Virus record (IMG/VR): IMGVR_UViG_3300022602_002120
Location: 64,001-128,000 of that record
Length of the DNA stretch: 64,000 nt
Strand: one strand, 5' to 3'
DNA from: a virus
Below, one piece after another: positions 42,370 to 51,196 of the stretch. A model generated the notes under the pieces. It had not been told where the DNA came from and made no database searches. It saw nothing but the letters and a program-made list of their open reading frames with translations. A program made the translations under genes and the position numbers. The first letter of the stretch is position 1; each line of letters opens with the position of its first letter.

Positions 42370-43003
42370 TATACCATCACTGACATCTAATAGAGGCCAA
42401 CATGTTGATGAATTTGGAATTGTTTGGAATTTGAATTCCGATGGGTTTAGAACTATAGAATTTGATCAGATAGATTTTAATAAACCACGTGCGCTTGCAA
42501 TGGGATGTAGTCACACAAAAGGTAGCGGAGTCAAACAACACGAATCATGGCCCGAAGTACTTAAAGAAAAAATTAATATAGATCAGATCATTAATTTGGG
42601 ACAGTGGGGAGCAAGCAGTGATTATGTTATACGAATTTTACCTGATTGTTTAGAACAATTCAAGCCAGATGTTGTTTTTGTATTTTGGCCAGACTATGTC
42701 AGATTTGAGATTCTTAAAGACGGGATATACAGACAAATTATACCAACGGATAAAGATAGAATTTTATACATAGAATCACATAGTGACGAATTACTGAAAG
42801 AAAATTATGCTAATAATCTTAAAATAGCCGCTGAATTATGTAGAGATCGTGCTGTTAAGTTAATTGGTATTTCGTGGGATGATTTAATACCGGTAATGGA
42901 TCGAGCAGATAAATGGAATAAAGGCGCAGATAATTTACACTTTGATAGCGTCTGGCAACATGGAGTAGCTGAAACTTTTAAGAGATTGTATGAATCAACC
43001 TAA
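42359..43003 (+). CDS. SGNH/GDSL-like protein
   Basis: MGCSHTKG, NLGQWGASS, DNLH (DxxH). Confidence 0.65.
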   Translation: MQINIPSLTSNRGQHVDEFGIVWNLNSDGFRTIEFDQIDFNKPRALAMGCSHTKGSGVKQHESWPEVLKEKINIDQIINLGQWGASSDYVIRILPDCLEQFKPDVVFVFWPDYVRFEILKDGIYRQIIPTDKDRILYIESHSDELLKENYANNLKIAAELCRDRAVKLIGISWDDLIPVMDRADKWNKGADNLHFDSVWQHGVAETFKRLYEST

Positions 43004-44306
43004 ACCTAGCACGTTATGTATGGCACCTTGGGTACACACATATCTAAGCCCACAAACAGAAAGACGTATGTGCTGTGCTAGTCGCGAGCCTGCGCAGAAC
43101 TTTGAACAGTATATAGATACTAAGTCGGGTACGGGCAAGTATATTCCCATTACCCTAGAAGAACATTGGAACAGCCCTCACATGAAAGATGTGCGAGTGC
43201 GTATGCTGGCTGGTGAAACACTACCAGAGTGCGAAGTATGTAATGACAAGTTACTGAACACAAGCGTTTACCGTAGTTATTTTGATAGTATGTTTGGACA
43301 TAAGTATTCACAAGTACTAGAGAATACTCAACCAGACGGAACTACTACACTTCGTCCTGTTAGTTGGGACTATCGCTTTAGTAACTTATGTAATTTCAAA
43401 TGCCGTATGTGTGGAGATATGTTATCTAGTGCCTGGGAGTCAGAACAGCGCACTCACAATATGATCAATTGGAGTAATCCAAAGAATAATTGGATGCGCC
43501 CCGAAATCAAAGAACAAATAACCGAGTTTCAAGACAGTCAAATTGAACAAGAGTTTGCAAATGCTGTAGAACAACATCAAGTAGAAGAAGTATATTGGGT
43601 AGGCGGAGAGCCCTTAATGTACGAACAACATTGGCGCTACATGAAGCGCATTGTTGAACTAGGAGATGGCAAAAATGTATACGCAAGGTATAACACTAAC
43701 CTTAGCCGTGTCGACTATCGCGGTGTCAATCTTTACAGGGACATTTTATCTGGGCTACGTGACTGGCAAATCTGCGCGAGTCTCGACGGAACAGGAGCAA
43801 TTGGAGAGTACATTAGAACAGGCCTTGGATACAGTCACTGGCTTACAAACTTCCGTCAAGGAGTTAAAATCGCAAGTCACCGACGCCAAATGCGAATTGA
43901 CTTTACTCTCACGCTCCCAGGAATGTTTGAAGTCATCAACATTAGCCGCCTTGCTCAAGAAATGGGTGTAGACATACTTGCCAAAGTAGTCTTTAGTTTT
44001 AGTCCCGATATTATTATGAGTCCTTTAGCACTACCTAGGGAGTTGTTAGATCCTTGGGTAGATGAACTATTAGTTGGCCTTGACTCTGAGGGTTACCCTC
44101 AAAATAGCCCACTAAAGGACATACTGATTCAGCTTAAAACTCGCCCAACCTTTCAAGAACAGTGGCCCGATACTTGGAAAGAAAGTCTTGCTCAAGGTAA
44201 ACGGCGTGTGTTACAATTAGAGCATATCCGTGGTGACGATTACACTATGGCTGACATATTATCGACGAGAGCAGATGTTTATGAGTGGTACAAATCAATT
44301 AATTGA
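42990..44306 (+). CDS. Radical SAM enzyme with N-terminal twitch/SPASM-like domain
   Basis: CNFKCRMC and GGEP; N-terminal CMAPW..MCC..CEVC. Confidence 0.9.
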   Translation: MNQPKPSTLCMAPWVHTYLSPQTERRMCCASREPAQNFEQYIDTKSGTGKYIPITLEEHWNSPHMKDVRVRMLAGETLPECEVCNDKLLNTSVYRSYFDSMFGHKYSQVLENTQPDGTTTLRPVSWDYRFSNLCNFKCRMCGDMLSSAWESEQRTHNMINWSNPKNNWMRPEIKEQITEFQDSQIEQEFANAVEQHQVEEVYWVGGEPLMYEQHWRYMKRIVELGDGKNVYARYNTNLSRVDYRGVNLYRDILSGLRDWQICASLDGTGAIGEYIRTGLGYSHWLTNFRQGVKIASHRRQMRIDFTLTLPGMFEVINISRLAQEMGVDILAKVVFSFSPDIIMSPLALPRELLDPWVDELLVGLDSEGYPQNSPLKDILIQLKTRPTFQEQWPDTWKESLAQGKRRVLQLEHIRGDDYTMADILSTRADVYEWYKSIN

Positions 44307-45402
44307 TACAATAGAAATTGTCCTACGTGGGCAGGACAGCCTCTTATCTGTTTATATTGATGTATTTGATAACAGTTTGAGTCATAAATGGTTAGTATCT
44401 CTCAACACTCTACTAAAAAATAATTATCATTTAGAAAAGAATTATTGTTTCTTTGGATTTGCTGATGGTCCTCGTGATGGTAAATTAATTGTTGAGCAAA
44501 TTAATTGTAGTATACAAGCAATCAATGAAGCCAATATCGGATACAAGATTGATGATTATTTTACTTTAGAAAATAGTATAGTTTCTGGTAAAATAATTCC
44601 TGAGCACTTATATCCACTAGGACAACGGCCTGCTAATTTACCAGGCGAAGTTAACCATGATCATTTTAACAATCTGCATCGTTATTTTGAGGATCTACAG
44701 GGAGTAAGTGGTCGCATGACTGAATATTATAATCTTGCAGATTCCACTGTACGATGGCATATCAGACAATTAAATCTATTGTGTCACGAATTTGAAAGTT
44801 GGGCATTAAGTAATAGAAAAAAATATACAGCACCAGACTGGGTACGCCCTAGTCAACTTATGTGTTGGTTAACAGCACCGAGATTTATCCTTACTGAAGA
44901 TGATTATGATCTATTTGGAGTCGAAACAATGAATCGTCCTCTTGGCGGAGTATATGTGGGTGTTAACAAAGCTGTAGGCAAACATCATTGGGAAGTCTTT
45001 GTAGACGAAGCAGGATATAATCCCAATATGATAATTGAAAATTTAACCACAACTACTTTGCGTAGTCAACTTGAGGCAGCTGGCGATTTTGATATAGAGT
45101 GGGGAAATAACCCTGGTGAATATGAATGGCAAAAGAAACATCTGGCAGATTTTAGACAATGGCTAATTAATAATAATTTTGATCCAGCAGATAAAACATT
45201 AACCATTGGGCATCCGCAAGTAGGACAAGTTAATCTAATTCGCAGTTTTGGTACTGATAATTATAAAGATATTTGGGCAAAGTTAGAGCAACATTTAGAT
45301 GTATTCAGTATTAGAACCAAAGAAGAATATGCTGAATATGATTATCAATGGAGCGATAATGATTTTGCCGCTAGACAAGTTGCTATTATAGGTAATCAAT
45401 GA
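44230..45402 (+). CDS. Hypothetical protein (start probably nearer 44280-44305)
   Basis: 390-aa ORF with LHRYFE and LCHEFE motifs; no family recognised. Confidence 0.6.
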   Translation: MVTITLWLTYYRREQMFMSGTNQLIDTIEIVLRGQDSLLSVYIDVFDNSLSHKWLVSLNTLLKNNYHLEKNYCFFGFADGPRDGKLIVEQINCSIQAINEANIGYKIDDYFTLENSIVSGKIIPEHLYPLGQRPANLPGEVNHDHFNNLHRYFEDLQGVSGRMTEYYNLADSTVRWHIRQLNLLCHEFESWALSNRKKYTAPDWVRPSQLMCWLTAPRFILTEDDYDLFGVETMNRPLGGVYVGVNKAVGKHHWEVFVDEAGYNPNMIIENLTTTTLRSQLEAAGDFDIEWGNNPGEYEWQKKHLADFRQWLINNNFDPADKTLTIGHPQVGQVNLIRSFGTDNYKDIWAKLEQHLDVFSIRTKEEYAEYDYQWSDNDFAARQVAIIGNQ

Positions 45403-45959
45403 TGATTATTGCTGGCGGGGATAGTATGGTATGGGGTAGTGAGTTAGCTGATAGTCCTCATGGCGGCCACGATGGATACAGTTCTAATACTTTTGCAGCA
45501 TTATTGGCTAAAGATAACTATGTTTGTGCTGCATATCCCGGTATAGGTAATAAAGAAATAGTTCAACGAATAATAGAAGCATTAACGTTAACAGATCCAA
45601 CTGGCGTCCTAGTCTGCTGGACTTGGCCGAGCCGAGATAATAAAATTCACAGCGATGAAGAAATAATACATCTTCAAGAATATTTAGAACATTATAATAT
45701 TCCTTATTTGTTTACCTGTGTAGATAACTGTATAGTTACAGATAATCCTAAAATTAATTGGGATCACTGGTACTTATTTCCGCCAGGCATAGAATTGTAC
45801 GAAACTCTACAACCAAGAGGATTTTATCAATGGGCTGTAGAAAATAAGTACAATATAGGCCCAGAACATCATCCGTTAGAGCAAGCACACGTTGATGCGG
45901 CCAATTTAATGAGGAATAAATTCAATGAACTGGTTAAAAAATCTAATCAATCGAGTTAA
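45399..45959 (+). CDS. SGNH/GDSL-like protein
   Basis: AGGDSMVWG, AYPGIGN, HHPLEQAH. Confidence 0.65.
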   Translation: MMIIAGGDSMVWGSELADSPHGGHDGYSSNTFAALLAKDNYVCAAYPGIGNKEIVQRIIEALTLTDPTGVLVCWTWPSRDNKIHSDEEIIHLQEYLEHYNIPYLFTCVDNCIVTDNPKINWDHWYLFPPGIELYETLQPRGFYQWAVENKYNIGPEHHPLEQAHVDAANLMRNKFNELVKKSNQSS

Positions 45960-46026
45960 ACTAGAAATAGCATACCGCAAGAAGCTTAAAGAGCTTCGCA
46001 AAAGAGATCCTTTTATTTACAAATAA
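45925..46026 (+). CDS. Small basic 33-aa protein (not in the ORF track)
   Basis: MNWLKNLINRVKLEIAYRKKLKELRKRDPFIYK; GAGGAA Shine-Dalgarno upstream; TAATG stop/start overlap with 46026. Confidence 0.75.
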   Translation: MNWLKNLINRVKLEIAYRKKLKELRKRDPFIYK

Positions 46027-46664
46027 TGCGTTTACTAACTGTTGGTGATAGTTTTACCTACGGGGAAGAACTAAGCGACCTGACGCTCGCTTGGCCATTT
46101 CAGTTATCTGCTACATTAGGATACGATGTAACCAATTTGGCAAAACCCGGTAGCGGCAACACACGTATGGTTAGATATGCTGTTGAAAATATAACCAAGT
46201 ATGACATGATTATTGTTGCGTGGACGCATTGGGCTAGGACTGAAATTGCAGACGAGTGCGGCTTTTATGATATTTGGCCAGGTTGTAGTCCAATACCACA
46301 CAAAGAACATACCCAATGGCGTAGTGATCTGATAGAATATTATTCTCGACACTATAATGATGAATATCTATATAGGCAATATCTATTAAACATAATTTTA
46401 TTACAAAATTATTTTAGTAAAAATAATAAGAAATATCTAATGTTAGATGCCTTTGCTAATCACCAATATCGTGGAAGGAAAACAAATGAGGATCTAATAG
46501 GACAAATTGATACTGGATATTTCGTTGGCTGGCCAGATGAATCAATGATGGAATGGACCTATGGATGCAATCAAGGTCCAATTGGACATTTTCTAGAGTT
46601 AGGGCATCAACGTGTAGCGGAAAAGATATATAATCATATGGTGAAATTAAAATGGGCTGTTTAA
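46026..46664 (+). CDS. SGNH/GDSL-like protein
   Basis: VGDSFTYG, NLAKPGSGN, GHFLELGH. Confidence 0.65.
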   Translation: MRLLTVGDSFTYGEELSDLTLAWPFQLSATLGYDVTNLAKPGSGNTRMVRYAVENITKYDMIIVAWTHWARTEIADECGFYDIWPGCSPIPHKEHTQWRSDLIEYYSRHYNDEYLYRQYLLNIILLQNYFSKNNKKYLMLDAFANHQYRGRKTNEDLIGQIDTGYFVGWPDESMMEWTYGCNQGPIGHFLELGHQRVAEKIYNHMVKLKWAV

Positions 46665-47443
46665 TTGCAGGTGGCGATAGTTTTACCTATGGCAGTGAAT
46701 TGTCTGATTGCTTTGTATTGAGTGAATCTTCTACGCCCAAGGAAGTGCATAGTCAAAGTACCTATACAGCGTTAATTGCTAAAGAACTAGATTTAGAATA
46801 TATCTGTGCGGCCCATCCTGGTAATAGCAATAGTGCTATTAGACGAAGTGTAATGAACGCATGTGAAAGTAACACTAACATAGAACAAGTGATAGTTACT
46901 TGGAGCTTCCCTGGCAGGTACGAATTTAATTTCAACAACTCATGGGAACAAATAAATCCATGGAGTGTTGCTGATGATGCAGAAAAAACTATAAAAAAAG
47001 ATTTTCACATAGATAATCCTATAGTGTTTCAACATCATTTGGATAAACTAAAACGTGAACAAGCATTAGGTATAAGTGACTTTGCTAGAATATTTTATAG
47101 CAAGATAGGTGGATTTGAATATTGGGAAGTTTATAACAGTCTACTAGACATTGTATTACTTGAACAATATTTAAAAATAAAAGATATTCCCTACTTGTTC
47201 TTAGGAGTAGATGAGTGTATACTAATAAATGTTAATAAACATGAACATGATGTGAATATAAAGACTCTATACAACCAAATTGATATGACTAAATGGTATT
47301 GGTTTCCGAAACATAAAGGATTTTATACCTGGGCAAGAGATAATAAGTTTCCTTTTGCCACAACACATCCGCGCGAACCAGCACACATTGAAGCGGCAAA
47401 TTTAGTATATGAACATCTGAGATATATTGGTAATATTAGGTGA
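46652..47443 (+). CDS. SGNH/GDSL-like protein
   Basis: AGGDSFTYG, AHPGNSN, THPREPAH. Confidence 0.65.
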   Translation: MGCLIAGGDSFTYGSELSDCFVLSESSTPKEVHSQSTYTALIAKELDLEYICAAHPGNSNSAIRRSVMNACESNTNIEQVIVTWSFPGRYEFNFNNSWEQINPWSVADDAEKTIKKDFHIDNPIVFQHHLDKLKREQALGISDFARIFYSKIGGFEYWEVYNSLLDIVLLEQYLKIKDIPYLFLGVDECILINVNKHEHDVNIKTLYNQIDMTKWYWFPKHKGFYTWARDNKFPFATTHPREPAHIEAANLVYEHLRYIGNIR

Positions 47444-48093
47444 TTAATAATATACTAGCCATTGGCGATAGTTATACCTATGGATCGGAACTTGAAAATC
47501 CAGGGCGTGATTCTTGGCCGATGCAATTGGCAATTAAGTTAAACAGCTATGTAACTAACTTAGGTATGCCTAGTAGTAGTAATGATAGAATCTTCAGATT
47601 GGCAATTGAACACACACTTGAATTACAATATGATTTAGTAATTTGCGCCTGGACTGAAGTGTCTAGACTAGATTTATGGGCTAATGACCGGGAGTTTCAA
47701 GTAACATCAGCTAGTGTTGATTATCATGCTAAACAGTATCCTTGGATTAAAGAATATTATGCTAGACACTATGATGACAGACATAGTACTAAAACTTGGT
47801 TAACCAGAGTGTTAGCACTACAAGAATATTTTAAAAATAAAGGTCAGCGATACATCTTTGCTAACATGCAACCTAACAATGAGTATCGCGAACATTATAC
47901 AAAATTAGGCCTAACTAAATTTATAGACCAAATTGATACTGATAATTATTTAGGTTGGCCGGAAGGCGAAGGTATGCACGCTTGGATAGGTGATGCAGAA
48001 ATTGGGTCATGTGGCCATCCACTTGAGCTTGGACATAAACGTATAGCGGAAAAGTACTATGAACATATTAGGAATATCGGCTGGCTTTCATGA
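47440..48093 (+). CDS. SGNH/GDSL-like protein
   Basis: IGDSYTYG, NLGMPSSSN, GHPLELGH; GTG start overlapping the upstream TGA. Confidence 0.65.
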   Translation: MINNILAIGDSYTYGSELENPGRDSWPMQLAIKLNSYVTNLGMPSSSNDRIFRLAIEHTLELQYDLVICAWTEVSRLDLWANDREFQVTSASVDYHAKQYPWIKEYYARHYDDRHSTKTWLTRVLALQEYFKNKGQRYIFANMQPNNEYREHYTKLGLTKFIDQIDTDNYLGWPEGEGMHAWIGDAEIGSCGHPLELGHKRIAEKYYEHIRNIGWLS

Positions 48094-49555
48094 TGCCGCT
48101 GTTACATTAATCGACGAACAAGGCAAGATCTTGTTCGCAGGACATGCTGAACGTTACAGCAAGATTAAACATGACAGTGTATTAAATGTCCCTTTGATCA
48201 GAGATGCGTTGCGATATGGTAGTATAGATCAGATTGCCTACTATGAACGTCCATGGGTTAAAAAGACTCGTCAACTATATGCAGGTCAATGGAGTGAACT
48301 TAAAACTCCGTGGACTGTTGCAGGTATATTAAAAGCTCAATTACCCAAGTTACATTTACATAAATTACCAATTAAGTCGTATAATCATCACTTATCACAT
48401 GCGGCGGCAGGATTTCAAACAAGCTCATTTACAGATGCCACTGTAGTGGTTATTGATGCTATCGGTGAGTGGGATACTATTAGTATTTGGCATGCGTATT
48501 TTGATGACCACGGCAACGCTAAGTATCAAAAACTTTGGGGACAACAATATCCACATAGTATTGGACTAATGTATTCAGCATTTACCAAGTATGTGGGATT
48601 AAAACCCATGGATGAAGAATACATTTTAATGGGCATGGCTGGTTGGGGTAAACAGATCAGATGGGATGAAATAGAACAGCTTAAAGATAGTATATTAGGT
48701 GATGAAGGTAATTTTACATTCAAACATAACTTCCATCTAGGATTACCTGGTAAGTTACCTGTAGATTGGTCTGATGAAAACATAGCATTTGCAGCACAGT
48801 ATATAGCAGAAGATTTAATTGCCAGCGTAATGATGAAAGCAAGTAAATTAGGCTATAGTGAAAATTTAGTATACTGTGGCGGTGTAGCACTTAATTGTAG
48901 TGCGAATAGAATATTAGGGGAATATTATGATAACATTTGGATTATGCCTAATCCTGGCGATGCTGGGTCTAGCCTTGGCGCGGCTGCAATGGCTTTGGGC
49001 AGAAGGTTGGTTTGGAAAGATGCTTTCCTTGGCTTTAACATTCCTGGTCGTTATCCTGTTAAAGATATCATTTCCGAGTTAACCACAAATAAAATTTGTG
49101 GCGTGGCGAGCGGGCGGGCTGAGTTTGGCCCGCGAGCCCTTGGTAACCGTAGTTTATTAGCGGACCCTAGAGGTCCAGACATTAAGGATCGAGTAAATGA
49201 AATCAAACGTAGACAAAAGTTTAGACCTTTTGCACCTGTTATACTTGAGGAACTGGTACACGAATATTTCGATATGCCTCCTGGTTGGGATCGTAGCCCT
49301 TATATGCAGGTCGTGGCTCGTTGCCTGCATCCTAACCAGTTTCCTGCTATTCTACATGTTGATGGTACATCTCGCGTGCAGACAGTACCAAAAGATGGCA
49401 GTGGAATCAGACAACTCTTAGAACAATGGTATACTTGGACAGGATGTCCTATGCTGCTTAACACCAGCTTAAATGTCAGAGGCGAACCAATGGTTAATAA
49501 TCGTAAAGATGCAGATCGGTTTGAAAGACTATATGGCATAAAGGTTATGTCGTGA
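48059..49555 (+). CDS. O-carbamoyltransferase (NodU/CmcH/TobZ family)
   Basis: GFHDAAV..ERYSKIKHD, HHLSHAA, VIDAIGE, GRAEFGPRALGNRSLLADPR, FRPFAP, HVDGTSRVQTV, LLNTSLNVRGEP. Confidence 0.92.
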   Translation: MNILGISAGFHDAAVTLIDEQGKILFAGHAERYSKIKHDSVLNVPLIRDALRYGSIDQIAYYERPWVKKTRQLYAGQWSELKTPWTVAGILKAQLPKLHLHKLPIKSYNHHLSHAAAGFQTSSFTDATVVVIDAIGEWDTISIWHAYFDDHGNAKYQKLWGQQYPHSIGLMYSAFTKYVGLKPMDEEYILMGMAGWGKQIRWDEIEQLKDSILGDEGNFTFKHNFHLGLPGKLPVDWSDENIAFAAQYIAEDLIASVMMKASKLGYSENLVYCGGVALNCSANRILGEYYDNIWIMPNPGDAGSSLGAAAMALGRRLVWKDAFLGFNIPGRYPVKDIISELTTNKICGVASGRAEFGPRALGNRSLLADPRGPDIKDRVNEIKRRQKFRPFAPVILEELVHEYFDMPPGWDRSPYMQVVARCLHPNQFPAILHVDGTSRVQTVPKDGSGIRQLLEQWYTWTGCPMLLNTSLNVRGEPMVNNRKDADRFERLYGIKVMS

Positions 49556-50337
49556 AAAACTATTGGGAATTAGGAGCAACATTAGATTTAGGAACCTATC
49601 CCCGTAATCAAGAGTTATCGTTTAGCCTAAGTGATCTAGACAATGAAGAACGTTTTAATTCTTTGCCGCCTGGCAATTGGTCTAAGGATAGTTTTACCTA
49701 CAAGTATAATAGCTGCGGATTTCGTAGCTGTGAATTTGATCTCGACGGAATAAATCCTGTAATACTTACATTAGGTTGTAGTCATACAGTAGGTGTGGGT
49801 GTGCCACAGCACAATAATTGGCCTGAACAATTTGGTAGTAGATATTTTCCTGAACATAAGGTATATAATGCTGGTCTGGGGGGTGCGGGGGCAGATACTA
49901 TTGCACGATTAGCAATTAACCTAATTCCTATTATTAAACCTAGTATAGTTGCAGTCTTATGGCCAAGTTTATATCGGTTTGAAACATATGAAAATGGTGC
50001 TGTGTTTAACGGCGCTTGGACTATGGAACAAGACAATCTACAGTACGAGGACAACACAGCATACAATAATCAGACTAAAAATAAAACAATTTTAGAGTTA
50101 CTACAGCAGGTTTATCAATTTAAACTGTTAAGTATAGATTGGGATGACACTGTACAAAAAGTTTACAATACAATTTCTTGGACTAAAGGCCGTGACGGTG
50201 CACACTTTGGTGTAGATTGGCATCAACAGATTGCTTATGATTTTAATTTACAATATTGTAATCCTGATGACTTTGTGTTAAAATATACAAATCCAAAAGT
50301 CTACTGGGACAAATACAAGGATAGGAAAATTAAATGA
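49552..50337 (+). CDS. SGNH/GDSL-like protein
   Basis: LGCSHTVG, NAGLGGAG, DGAH (DxxH). Confidence 0.65.
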   Translation: MKNYWELGATLDLGTYPRNQELSFSLSDLDNEERFNSLPPGNWSKDSFTYKYNSCGFRSCEFDLDGINPVILTLGCSHTVGVGVPQHNNWPEQFGSRYFPEHKVYNAGLGGAGADTIARLAINLIPIIKPSIVAVLWPSLYRFETYENGAVFNGAWTMEQDNLQYEDNTAYNNQTKNKTILELLQQVYQFKLLSIDWDDTVQKVYNTISWTKGRDGAHFGVDWHQQIAYDFNLQYCNPDDFVLKYTNPKVYWDKYKDRKIK

Positions 50338-50759
50338 AAATATTAGTTATGGGCCTACCAGGAAGTGGAAAATCAACCTTGGCCGAACCGTTGGCTAATC
50401 TATTAGGTGCTGTGTGGATCAATGCTGATAAAATTAGAGAACAATACAACGATTGGGATTTTACATCAGAGGGAAGACTGCGCCAAGCTCAACGCATGAA
50501 GTATCTAGCTGACGGGGTTGTATTAGCTGGTAAGATTGCTGTGGCTGATTTTGTCTGCCCAACTGAACAAGCACGTGAATATTTTGCTCCAGACTATACT
50601 GTTTGGATGGATACTATTCGCGAAGGCCGTTACGAAGATACTAACAAAATGTTTGAACCGCCAGCAGAATGTAACTATCATGTTAAAGAATGGTTTAGCG
50701 ACACTGATAAAGAATTAATGAAAGTGGTAATGAACTACATACAAAGAACTAGCAAATGA
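50334..50759 (+). CDS. cysC: Adenylylsulfate (APS) kinase-like P-loop kinase
   Basis: GLPGSGKST P-loop; INADKIR..DFTSEGRLRQAQRM..VADFVCPT. Confidence 0.75.
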   Translation: MKILVMGLPGSGKSTLAEPLANLLGAVWINADKIREQYNDWDFTSEGRLRQAQRMKYLADGVVLAGKIAVADFVCPTEQAREYFAPDYTVWMDTIREGRYEDTNKMFEPPAECNYHVKEWFSDTDKELMKVVMNYIQRTSK

Positions 50760-51196
50760 AACCAAAATATAAACTAGCACACATGAAGGCCGCACATCTC
50801 TACGCTGAACTAAGCACAGCACGTAGATTAAAAGTGGGCGCACTTATTGTCAAAGACGATAGAATTATTAGTATCGGCTACAATGGTATGCCTAGTGGAT
50901 GGGATAACGATTGTGAGTACAAATACTACAGCATAGGTAATCCCAATGACTTTGAATTAAAAACTAAACCGGAGGTCCTACATGCTGAAACCAACGCTAT
51001 TGCGAAACTTGCTAGAAGCACTGACAGTGGTGATAATGCCACTTTATTTGTTACTCATAGTCCCTGCCTGGATTGCGCCAAACTTATTTACCAGTCCGGT
51101 ATCAGACAGGTCTACTACGCTACTGATTATCGCGATGATTCCGGGATACGTTTCCTTCATGATTCGGGTGTCACAGTGGAAAAAATAGATGTTTGA
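50756..51196 (+). CDS. dCMP deaminase (ComEB/T4 cd-like)
   Basis: VGALIVKD..ISIGYNG, HAETNAI, PCLDC zinc ligands. Confidence 0.9.
   Translation: MKPKYKLAHMKAAHLYAELSTARRLKVGALIVKDDRIISIGYNGMPSGWDNDCEYKYYSIGNPNDFELKTKPEVLHAETNAIAKLARSTDSGDNATLFVTHSPCLDCAKLIYQSGIRQVYYATDYRDDSGIRFLHDSGVTVEKIDV

Noticed and set aside
47409-47443. Decayed copy of the carbamoyltransferase start (ATGAACATC..) at the end of SGNH 46652
   Set aside because: The YEH(L/I)R.IG similarity can be explained by a C-terminal helix motif shared among SGNH paralogs; 46026 also has Y.H...W.
45925-50759. Saxitoxin gene cluster
   Set aside because: Only generic tailoring families are shared; no SxtA PKS-like, amidinotransferase or other core gene is present.
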